Source: Macrostomum lignano (lineage: Eukaryota). From it: a stretch of DNA of 64,000 bases. The stretch's first letter is position 1. Each line of letters starts with the position of its first letter. The position numbers and the translations under genes are program-made. Below, one piece after another: positions 1 through 11,668 of this stretch. Where the stretch lies: the NCBI GenBank assembly GCA_002269645.1, contig NIVC01000836.1, forward strand, positions 6,681 to 70,680, given 5' to 3'. The notes under the pieces were generated by a model. The model saw only the letters and a list, made by a program, of their open reading frames with translations. It made no database searches and was not told the DNA's origin.

Positions 1-865
1 TAATTTTGGATTAGAAAATTTTATTGCCTTTAAAACTAAAAAAACGATTCTTGTATAAAGTATAAAAGATCTAATTAAAAACCACGCGGTGCCTAAAATC
101 ATTATAAATCAAGAGTCTTCCCAGTGAGAGACTGACTTTACGGCTATATAGTTGCGAATGATAATTATTAAGCACAAAGGAAGGAGCCAGTGCGGCTTGG
201 TGGCGGCTCGCGAATCAACTTCAAGAAGGTTCGACTAAGGTAAAATGCTCCTTCCTGATGAGTTGCTTACTTGCTCTACATATAGTTTGATTAAGTCAGG
301 CTCCCACTGAACAAATGGTCTTGAAAAGTTAGCCATTAATCGCGTGCAACAAAACTCATTGAAAAGTTGAAATTCAAGTAAGTTCCGACCCGACTTATCT
401 GCAAGCATCCAGTTTCGTTAATAAACCGTAGATTATAGTTTTAATAAGTAATTTTTGCTCCCTTTGATGCCGTCTGGGTTTCCTTTACACTCACTCTAAT
501 AATCTCGTGACTAAAAAATGTGCCAAGCAATAAACAGTATATCAAGCGTCAATATAAAAATGCCAATCTAGAGGTGAAATTGATTGATAAGTCGGGTAAG
601 TCTGGCTATCGACCATAGACAAAACGAATGACTTCTACACTGGCACCACAGGTTGGCATTCTATGTTTACGCTCGATATTCTATGGTAATATCTGGTCTG
701 ACCTGTCAATAAAGTTAAGCATACGTAATTGGTACAGTCAACAATTAGCTCATATTAAAAACAGGTAACAGAATTTAGTCTCCTTTTTAGCCCAAGCTGC
801 TTCTCTTAAACTGTGCCATTTTAACCCTACCAGACCGATATCTGTCACTATATATTAATCTGTAG

Positions 866-1656
866 ATGCCCGCTGGATGCGCCTGGGTCCAAATAGCGAC
901 TCTGCTCTGCCGGCCCTGGCCTGCCATGACATTACCTCGGCGCCGAACTTTCAGTCTGGCGAATTAGTCGCCGCACTGTTTGAACGCGACTGTCCAGCTG
1001 GCGACGCTGGCGGCACAGAGCCGTCTAGTAGCTTTACTAAAACCTGCGACGGGTCTGGGCGGAGCTCGGCCGCTCTGCCTCCAGTTTATCGACAGCCACC
1101 CGCTGCTGCTGCTGTGACCGCTCCGCCAGTTGCTGCGACCGCCGATGCCAACAATGACGAGTTGGACCTTCTAGACGAATTGTTCGGCACGCCTCCGCCG
1201 CAGTCCACAGTAAGCCCCAGCGCCAACCTTCAATCAAGACTTCGTTCCGTGATGGCAAAACGTCGCGCCGATTCGGCCGTTTCGTCAGCGTCGGCGTCTG
1301 TCGGTGCAGCCTCGGTTCGTTCGGATCCGACAGTTTGCGGCCAGCTGCCGCTGCCGGCCAGCTCCGGCCGCGGTTTTGTACTGTCGCGTTTCCTCAGCTC
1401 CGCCGCTAAGCCGGCCGACGATCGACGACTGCCGGCTTACAGCGAGGACCGACACCTGCTAGCGCCGGCTGACGAGCAGCCGCGCCGGCGACGGCGACCC
1501 GGCTCTGTCGGCGAGGAGGAACAGGAGCAGCAGGCGGCTGAAGCATCGGCAGCGCTACGGGCCGAGCCGCAGTTGAAGCGGGTGCGCACAGCGGAACAGG
1601 GACTGCAGGTGGATGCGCAGCGGGCATCGCTACTAGAGTTGGCCAAGTTCAAATAA
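866..1656 (+). CDS. Terminal coding exon of an unidentified gene (low-complexity Ala/Ser/Pro-rich region, basic C-terminus)
   Basis: GC-rich 259-aa ORF 877..1656 follows a tgtag acceptor at 864-865 (phase 1) and ends at TAA before AT-rich DNA. A possible preceding exon at 538..595 (YIKRQYKNANLEVKLIDKS, gtaagt donor) is phase-compatible but weak. No domain recognised. Confidence 0.6.
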
Positions 1657-2422
1657 ATTATAAATATTAACCCTATAGTTTGGACACCCAAACAGTGCTC
1701 CTTTGCCGTAATGCGCCGTCTATTTGTATATAAGCTTGTTCTGTTCTCTTAATGTCAGTTATGCAGCCTGTGCGGTCTTTGTGTGTTTAACTATTTGCTT
1801 GCTAGAAGCATTATCTGAATATAATAAAATATAATGCAAAAAAACATTTTGCTCTATTTTCTCTGTTCAGGAATGCTTAGTAATTAATGCTGTATTGTTC
1901 AAATCTATCGAACGGTAAAATTTGCTTTGTAATTATTTTATATATTAAAGTACAAGCAGAGATTAAAGTACATAATAACCGATAAGCCGCTGGTAAACGT
2001 GCAAAGTACATATACAATCGTACATATTGCTAATTTCAAATATCGGTGCACTAGTACTAGATTAACAGTCAGCCAGATTAGTTTATCTTAGTTTCTGATA
2101 AAACAACAAAAAATTAAATTGATTTTTAGAGGGTAGAAAAAGCACGCAGAGAACTACTGTAGGTGTACATGTACATGGCGCACGGACAACTGCAGTAGCA
2201 GGGTGGTACACTTGATTTTCTTGGAAATGAGCTAGAGGCTGATTAGGAACGTTTAATCGGATTTTTCTCGACTGAATTTGTCTATGGCAAATTTGTTTTG
2301 TTTTGGCCATAGACATAAATAAACGGGAGACTATTTCCAATTGGCCCGGTACTTTACTGAAATCGACTATCAATCAAATATACGATAGCTGATAATATCA
2401 ATGAAGTTGTCAAAGCGTTGTC

Positions 2423-5400
2423 TTAGCCTGGCTGGGACTGGACATCCCAGTAGGCCGGAGGCGGCGGCTGCTGCGACAGATTAATCGGGTATGGTGGCGG
2501 CTGTTGCTGCTCCTGTCCGTAGTAGTTTAACGGCTGCTCAGTCGGCTTGTTGATCAAGTCATTTGAAGCTGGAGCCAAGGTCGGCCGATTATCATGGCCA
2601 CCCGCGGCTACAACAATCGGTTCTGCTACTTGAACGTTTGAAATTTGTAGCGCCGGATTGGTGTGCGCCACGGATACTGAGGCGCTTTGCGATTGGCTGA
2701 AATTTAGGTGTACATGGCATATTACATGTACACATGATTGAGTCTTGGGCGGATTTTGACCTCCGTTGGTATTGTCAGATTCGATTATGACTACTGAGAA
2801 AAGTATACAAATAAAGATTTGAATCGTAGAATGTATCACATATCGCAAAGATGTCACGAAACGTCTGTGCACACAGAGTGGTGGGAAAGTACGATGTGTG
2901 ATAATGGCCGACTGACAGAGGCAAACCAAGCCAGAAACCGGTCTCGGTATGCCTGCATGAAGTTTGACCCATTTTTTAGTATCACAGGTAAATTGAGTGC
3001 GAATGATTCATCATGTCAGAATTTCTCTATTGATAAGTAGAAAGTATGGAGTGTAGCGCGAAAAATCTATGCAATGAACATACTAGACGTTGTTCAGCGC
3101 TAGCCTAGCTCACACATTGGATGGAGCCAGTTGAGGGCAATATCACACCCAGGTACATGCCATGTACAGTTGTACACGACAGAACTGACGATTTTGGCCC
3201 AAGGACAGTTATTTTACAGGAAAACTATAGCTATTGAAGGTGATCTTCTAAACTATTAACATTAACTTTAACGGTAAACTCTAACTTTAGCTGGTTCATT
3301 TTTGTCACTATAGTTTCCCAAAAGCTTGAAACATTAAGCATCTTCAACTCGAGAAAATGTTTTATGATATAATCTACCTTCACGAACTTTACGCACCTGT
3401 TCTTGTGCCTTTTGTAGCCCTTGTAGCATCGGTCAGCGATGTAGACGCAGACGCAGCAGCCCAGCACCACGCCAACGCAGAGTCCGATGACTCGGCCGCT
3501 GCTGCAATTGACGCATGCGAATTTGTACTTTTACTTTGACCTTCTCGTATCTTAATCTTACTTTAAGCTTACTCATGATTCATATGAGCTTGATCTCATG
3601 ATTGTTATGAGCTTGATCTCGTGACTGTTATGAGCTTGATCTCATGATTCATATGAGCTTGATCTCATGATTGTTATGAGCTTGATCTCGTGACTGTTAT
3701 GAGCTTGATCTCATGACTGTTATGAGCTTGATCTCATGATTGTTATGAGCTTGATCTCATGATTGTTATGAGCTTGATCTCATGATTGTTATGAGCTTGA
3801 TCTCGTGACTGTTATGAGCTTGATCTCATGACTGTTATGAGCTTGATCTCATGATTGTTATGAGCTTGATCTCGTGACTGTTATGAACTTGATCTCATGA
3901 TTGCTATGAGCTTGATCTCGTGATTGTTATGAGCTTGATCTCGTGATTGCTATGAGCTTGATCTCATGATTGCTATGAGCTTGATCTCATGACTGTTATG
4001 AGCTTGATCTCGTGACTGTTATGAGCTTGATCTCATGATTGTTATGAGCTTGATCTCGTGACTGTTATGAACTTGATCTCATGATTGCTATGAGCTTGAT
4101 CTCGTGATTGTTATGAGCTTGATCTCGTGATTGCTATGAGCTTGATCTCATGATTGCTATGAGCTTGATCTCATGACTGTTATGAGCTTGATCTCATGAT
4201 TGTTATGAGCTTGATCTCATGATTGTTATGAGCTTGATCTCGTGATTGTTATGAGCTTGATCTCACGATTGCTATGAGCTTGATCTCATGATTGCTATGA
4301 GCTTGATCTCGTGATTGTTATGAGCTTGATCTCATGATTGTTATGAGCTTGATCTCGTGATTGTTATGAGCTTGATCTCATGATTGCTATGAGCTTGATC
4401 TCATGATTGCTATGAGCTTGATCTCGTGATTGTTATGAGCTTGATCTCGTGATTGCTATGAGCTTGATCTCATGATTGCTATGAGCTTGATCTCATGACT
4501 GTTATGAGCTTGATCTCATGATTGCTATGAGCTTGATCTCATGATTGTTATGAGCTTGATCTCATGATTGCTATGAGCTTGATCTCATGATTGCTATGAG
4601 CTTGATCTCATGATTGTTATGAGCTTGATCTCATGATTGCTATGAGCTTGATCTCATGATTGCTATAAGCTTGATCTCATGATTGCTATGAGCTTGATCT
4701 CATGATTGCTATGAGCTTGATCTCATGATTGCTATGAGCTTGATTTCACTCTTCACATGAGCTTGATCTCATAATTGCTATGAGCTTGATTTCACTCTTC
4801 TCATGAGCTTGATCTCATAATTGTTATGAGCTTGATTTCACTCTTCTCATGAGCTTGATCTCATGATTGTTATGAGCTTGATCTCATGATTGTTATGAGC
4901 TTGATCTCATGATTGTTATGAGCTTGATCTCATGATTGCTATGAGCTTGATTTCACTCTTCACATGAGCTTGATCTCATAATTGCTATGAGCTTGATTTC
5001 ACTCTTCTCATGAGCTTGATCTCATAATTGTTATGAGCTTGATTTCACTCTTCTCATGAGCTTGATCTCATGATTGTTATGAGCTTGATCTCATGATTGT
5101 TATGAGCTTGATCTCATGATTGTTATGAGCTTGATCTCATGATTGTTATGAGCTTGATCTCATGACTGTTATGAGCTTGATCTCATAATACTTATGAGAT
5201 TGATCTCATGATTTTTATGAGCTTGATCTCATTATTCTTATGAGCTTGATCTCATGATTTTTATGAGCTTGATCTCATGATTCTTATGAGCTTGATCTCA
5301 TGATTTTTATGAGCTTGATCTCATGATTGTTATGAGCTTGATCTCGTGACTGTTATGAGCTTGATCTCATGACTGTTATGAGCTTGATCTCATGATTGTT

Positions 5401-8400
5401 ATGAGCTTGATCTCATGATTGTTATGAGCTTGATCTCGTGACTGTTATGAGCTTGATCTCATGACTGTTATGAGCTTGATCTCATGATTGTTATGAGCTT
5501 GATCTCGTGACTGTTATGAACTTGATCTCATGATTGCTATGAGCTTGATCTCATTATTCTTATGAGCTTGATCTCATGATTGTTATGAGCTTGATCTCGT
5601 GACTGTTATGAGCTTGATCTCATGACTGTTATGAGCTTGATCTCATGATTGTTATGAGCTTGATCTCGTGACTGTTATGAGCTTGATCTCATGATTGTTA
5701 TGAGCTTGATCTCGTGACTGTTATGAACTTGATCTCATGATTGCTATGAGCTTGATCTCATGATTGCTATGAGCTTGATCTCGTGACTGTTATGAGCTTG
5801 ATCTCATGATTGCTATGAGCTTGATCTCGTGATTGTTATGAGCTTGATCTCGTGATTGCTATGAGCTTGATCTCATGATTGCTATGAGCTTGATCTCGTG
5901 ACTGTTATGAGCTTGATCTCATGATTGTTATGAGCTTGATCTCATGATTGTTATGAGCTTGATCTCGTGATTGTTATGAGCTTGATCTCATGATTGCTAT
6001 GAGCTTGATCTCGTGATTGTTATGAGCTTGATCTCGTGATTGCTATGAGCTTGATCTCATGATTGCTATGAGCTTGATCTCATGACTGTTATGAGCTTGA
6101 TCTCATGATTGTTATGAGCTTGATCTCATGATTGTTATGAGCTTGATCTCGTGATTGTTATGAGCTTGATCTCATGATTGCTATGAGCTTGATCTCATGA
6201 TTGTTATGAGCTTGATCTCGTGATTGCTATGAGCTTGATCTCATGATTGCTATGAGCTTGATTTCACTCTTCACATGAGCTTGATCTCATAATTGCTATG
6301 AGCTTGATTTCACTCTTCTCATGAGCTTGATCTCATAATTGTTATGAGCTTGATTTCACTCTTCTCATGAGCTTGATCTCATGATTGTTATGAGCTTGAT
6401 CTCGTGACTGTTATGAGCTTGATCTCATGATTGTTATGAGCTTGATCTCGTGACTGTTTGAGCTTGATCTCATGATTCATATGAGCTTGATCTCATGATT
6501 GTTATGAGCTTGATCTCGTGACTGTTATGAGCTTGATCTCATGATTGTTATGAGCTTGATCTCATGATTGTTATGAGCTTGATCTCGTGACTGTTATGAG
6601 CTTGATCTCATGATTGTTATGAGCTTGATCTCATGATTGTTATGAGCTTGATCTCGTGATTGTTATGAGCTTGATCTCGTGACTGTTATGAGCTTGATCT
6701 CATGACTGTTATGAGCTTGATCTCATGATTGTTATGAGCTTGATCTCGTGACTGTTATGAACTTGATCTCATGATTGCTATGAGCTTGATCTCGTGATTG
6801 CTATGAGCTTGATCTCGTGATTGTTATGAGCTTGATCTCATGATTGCTATGAGCTTGATCTCATGATTGTTATGAGCTTGATCTCATGATTGCTATGAGC
6901 TTGATCTCATGATTGCTATGAGCTTGATCTCATGATTGCTATAAGCTTGATCTCATGATTGCTATGAGCTTGATCTCATGATTGTTATGAGCTTGATCTC
7001 ATGATTGCTATGAGCTTGATCTCATGATTGCTATGAGCTTGATCTCATGATTGTTATGAGCTTGATCTCATGATTGCTATGAGCTTGATCTCATGATTGC
7101 TATAAGCTTGATCTCATGATTGCTATGAGCTTGATCTCATGATTGCTATGAGCTTGATCTCATGATTGCTATGAGCTTGATTTCACTCTTCACATGAGCT
7201 TGATCTCATAATTGCTATGAGCTTGATTTCACTCTTCTCATGAGCTTGATCTCATAATTGTTATGAGCTTGATTTCACTCTTCTCATGAGCTTGATCTCA
7301 TGATTGTTATGAGCTTGATCTCATGATTGTTATGAGCTTGATCTCATGATTGTTATGAGCTTGATCTCATGATTGCTATGAGCTTGATTTCACTCTTCAC
7401 ATGAGCTTGATCTCATAATTGCTATGAGCTTGATTTCACTCTTCTCATGAGCTTGATCTCATAATTGTTATGAGCTTGATTTCACTCTTCTCATGAGCTT
7501 GATCTCATGATTGTTATGAGCTTGATCTCATGATTGTTATGAGCTTGATCTCATGACTGTTATGAGCTTGATTTCACTCTTCACATGAGCTTGATCTCAT
7601 AATTGCTATGAGCTTGATTTCACTCTTCTCATGAGCTTGATCTCATAATTGTTATGAGCTTGATTTCACTCTTCTCATGAGCTTGATCTCATGATTGTTA
7701 TGAGCTTGATCTCATGATTGTTATGAGCTTGATCTCATGATTGTTATGAGCTTGATCTCATGATTGTTATGAGCTTGATCTCATGACTGTTATGAGCTTG
7801 ATTTCACTCTTCACATGAGCTTGATCTCATAATTGCTATGAGCTTGATTTCACTCTTCTCATGAGCTTGATCTCATAATTGTTATGAGCTTGATTTCACT
7901 CTTCTCATGAGCTTGATCTCATGATTGTTATGAGCTTGATCTCATGATTGTTATGAGCTTGATCTCATGATTGTTATGAGCTTGATCTCATGATTGTTAT
8001 GAGCTTGATCTCATGACTGTTATGAGTTTGATCTCATGATTCCTATGAGCTTGATCTCATGATTTTTATGAGCTTGATCACATTATTCTTATGAGCTTGA
8101 TCTCATGATTGTTATGAGCTTGATCTCATGATTTTTTTGAGCTTGATCTCATGATTCTTATGAGCTTGATCTCATGACTTTTATGAGCTTGATCTCATGA
8201 TTTTTATGAGCTTGATCTCATGATTCTTATGAGCTTGATCTCATGACTTTTATGAGCTTGATCTCATGATTTGCCAGCAACTCACTCCTCCCAGAAGCTG
8301 CAGCACCTCTGTCCATCCTCCTCCCCGCAGCAGTACACCTGGTCCTCCCGGCCCGGCTCGATCGGGCACACGAACAGGCCATAGACAGTTCGGTTCCGGT

Positions 8401-9739
8401 AGAGCCACGGCTCCACCACAGAGCTGTTGTGCTCAGCCGGCAGGTCGTCAATCACGTTGAAGCAGAGGGTGGCGCTGTCGGAGTAGTCAGAGTGGCGTCT
8501 CCGCCAGTGCCAGGAGGAGAAGAAGATGCCGCTGGTGTAGGCGCGCCTGTTCACGCGGTAGCTGACATAGTTGGGGGAGGGGGTGTACAGGGGGTAGTCA
8601 CGACTATATTTAGCTTTCAAAGATAACCTAATTTAGGACGGGAAACTTCGTTTCTTAGAAAGTCATGAATGTTGGTTCTAAGCGTCCTTTCCGTGACTGG
8701 CCATTTTTATTGTTTCATTAAAGTGAAATTCAAATACTTTTCAAGAAACTATAATTGTCACGTCCTTTGCTTTTACGAGTACACAGGCCATCCTGCGTTA
8801 CAGGTGTTTAAGATTCGAACTCACGAGAATCGTTTGCTGACCAGTAGAGACATAGTGCTGTAGCCACTGCCTCTAGAAGAGCCATAGCGACCGCTGCTCC
8901 TACTGCCGCTGTACCTACTGCTGTACCTGCCGCCGCTGAACCTGCCACCGCCTCTGGCACCTGAGCTGCTACCGGCTGCGTGTGATCGAGGAGAGGCGAT
9001 TTTAATCATGACAATCTACCTGACTCACTGCATGACAATCTACCTGACTCACTGCATGACAATCTACCTGACTCACTGCATGACAATCTACCTGACTCAC
9101 TGCATGACAATCTACCTGACTCACTGCATGACAATCTACCTGACTCACTGCATGACAATCTACCTGACTCACTGCATGACAATCTACCTGACTCACTGCA
9201 TGACAATCTACCTGACTCACTGCATGACAATCTACCTGACTCACTGCATGACAATCTACCTGACTCACTGCATGACAATCTACCTGACTCACTGCATGAC
9301 AATCTACCTGACTCACTGCATGACAATCTACCTGACTCACTGCATGACAATCTACCTGACTCACTGCATGACAATCTACCTGACTCACTGCATGACAATC
9401 TACCTGACTCACTGCATGACAATCTACCTGACTCACTGCATGACAATCTACCTGACTCACTGCATGACAATCTACCTGACTCACTGCATGACAATCTACC
9501 TGACCCACTGCATGACAATCTACCTGACACACTTCATGACAATCTACCTGAATCACTGCATGACAATCTACCTGACTCACTGCATGACAATCTACCTGAA
9601 ACTGCATATCTATCTACCTGATACTGTACTACAATTCTGTGCACATTAAAGAACCTGGAACAACCGCAGCAACTGGAATCTTACCAATAGCCAGCAGAAG
9701 AATGAGGACAATAAGACAGTTGATAAGCTCCAGTTTCAT
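2423..9739 (-). CDS. Paralog A: type-I membrane protein, CX/Shisa-like six-cysteine family (286 aa, 5 exons)
   Basis: Exons 9739-9685 (MKLELINCLIVLILLLAI, signal peptide), 8975-8825 (G/S/R-rich), 8561-8286 (W-x-W...LC...NRT...FVCP...YCCG...RCCSFWE), 3501-3397 (TM SGRVIGLCVGVVLGCCVCVYIA plus basic stop-transfer), 2696-2423 (tail with PPPY and PPAY). All introns GT-AG, phases 1,2,2,2, one open frame of 861 nt. Confidence 0.88.
3572..8271. repeat. 23-bp minisatellite (TATGAGCTTGATCTCATGATTGT)n, about 200 units, in intron 3 of paralog A
   Basis: Direct inspection; variant units (GTGAC, GCT, TTTCACTCTTC) recur in blocks. Confidence 0.97.
9008..9600. repeat. 24-bp minisatellite (ATGACAATCTACCTGACTCACTGC)n, about 25 units, in intron 1 of paralog A
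   Basis: Near-perfect units that degenerate only at the right edge; each perfect unit contains TGACTCA. Confidence 0.97.
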
Positions 9740-10384
9740 GTTTTACGATCAGCAAACAATCTTTGCCACACTGCAATCTTCAGCTTTGCTGAACTCTAAA
9801 AAGGAAAAAAAAGTTCTTCACTCAACTACTTGTATGGGACACCTCCCTGCCCTCTTCAGCAATTCTATAGCGGGGAAGGGGCAGAATCGATAATGGCTGC
9901 TCTGTCCCCTGGGGTGAGAGTTATAGAGCTGTTGTCATGACAACGGAGTCGCCCTCCCCTCTCACTGCACTCTCGTCCTCCTGGTTTCTCTCCACGTCTC
10001 ACTCGCTGTCCTTCCCTGTTCCCCAAAATAAAATGGGAGTACAAAAACGCGAAATAATACATTTACAAAAGACTTAACGCTTTAACGAACATTATATTTT
10101 TTTTCGTTGATTTAATCTACCTTACTAAAAAATATGGTTTCTTTTCACAGAGACAGCGCTATGCAAATGCTGCTAAGCCAATGGGAGAAGCAAGTTTGGT
10201 TTTTGATTTGAGCGATAAGACACGGCTGGAAAGGGAAGGAGTTTTAAAATAAAGCACAAAAATTAGCGTACGACTGAATATTTTTTAAATACAAAAGTGA
10301 TACACGAGGCTAAATTATATATTCGAGCCTGATGCTACTGCAACTTGACTCTCAAACTATAGTTCAGATCACCGAGGATCGTTG

Positions 10385-11525
10385 GGGACCTCTGAGGATT
10401 ATTGGGGATCTCTATGAAATTTCTTTGAGAATCTCTGAAGATCTCTGAGGATCTCTGAAGATCTCTGAGGATCTCTGAGGATCTCTAAAGATCTCTGAGG
10501 ATCTCTGAAGTTCTCTGAGGATCTCTGAAGATCTCTGAGGATCTCTGAAGATCTATGGGAATCTTTGAGGATCTCTGAAGATCTCTGAGGATCTCTGAAG
10601 ATCTCTGAGGATCTCTGAAGATCTCTGAGGATCTCTGAAGATCTCTGAGGATCTCTGAAGATCTCTGAGGATCTCTGAAGATCTCTGAGGATCTCTGAAG
10701 ATCTATGGGAATCTTTGAGGATCTCTGAAGATCTATGGGAATCTTTGAGGATCTCTGAAGATCTCTGAGGATCTCTGAAGATCTCTGAGGATCTCTGAGG
10801 ATCTCTGAAGATCTCTGAGGATCTCTGAAGATCTCTGAGGATCTCTGAAGATCTCTGAGGATCTCTGAAGATCTATGGGAATCTTTGAGGATCTCTGAAG
10901 ATCTATGGGAATCTTTGAGGATCTCTGAAGATCTCTGAGGATCTCTGAAGATCTCTGAGGATCTCTGAGGATCTCTGAAGATCTCTGAGGATCTCTGAAG
11001 ATCTCTGAGGATCTCTGAAGATCTCTGAGGATCTCTGAAGATCTATGGGAATCTTTGAGGATCTCATATATTTCTAGAGATATCTCTAAGGATCGCTAGG
11101 TATCTCTGGGGATCTCAAATATTTCTAGAGATATCTAAGGATCGCTAGGGATGTCTGGCGATCTCATATATTTCTGGGGATATCTAAGCATCGCTAGGGA
11201 TCTCTGGGGATTTTTTGGGGTCTCTAGGTATCTCTGGGGATCTCAAATATTTCTAGCGATATCTGAGGATCGCTAGGGATCTCTGGGGATTTTTTGGGGG
11301 TTTCTAGGGATCTCTGGGGATCTCAAATATTTCTAGGGATATCTAAAGATCGCTAGGGATGTCTGGCGATCTCAAATATTTCTGGGGATATCTAAGGATC
11401 GCTAGAGATCTCTGGGGATTTTTTGGGGGTCTCTAGGGATCTCTGGGGATCTCAAATATTTCTAGGGATATCTAAAGATCTCGAGAATATTTGGGTAACT
11501 CTGAGAATCTCTGAGGATCTCTGAG
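10385..11525. repeat. 10/20-bp minisatellite (GAGGATCTCTGAAGATCTCT)n grading into related longer units
   Basis: Direct inspection; lies between paralogs A and B. Confidence 0.93.
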
Positions 11526-11668
11526 AATATTTTAGCAAAATGACATAAGGATTTCTGCTGACTAGAGTGTTCCAGAGAAATCAAATCCTTGAGAATTCAA
11601 AAACCTCGGCCTACCCTGCCCGAGTCCCTGAAGATCCTGTCAAGTCGCTCAGCTAATTGCTGAGCGCC

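Noticed and set aside
2280-2315. Short inverted pair TGTCTATGGC...GCCATAGACA; CATAGAC motifs also at about 50829, 51146-51390 and 56350
   Set aside because: CATAGAC resembles some DNA-transposon termini, but no correctly oriented TIR pair with a TSD could be assigned.
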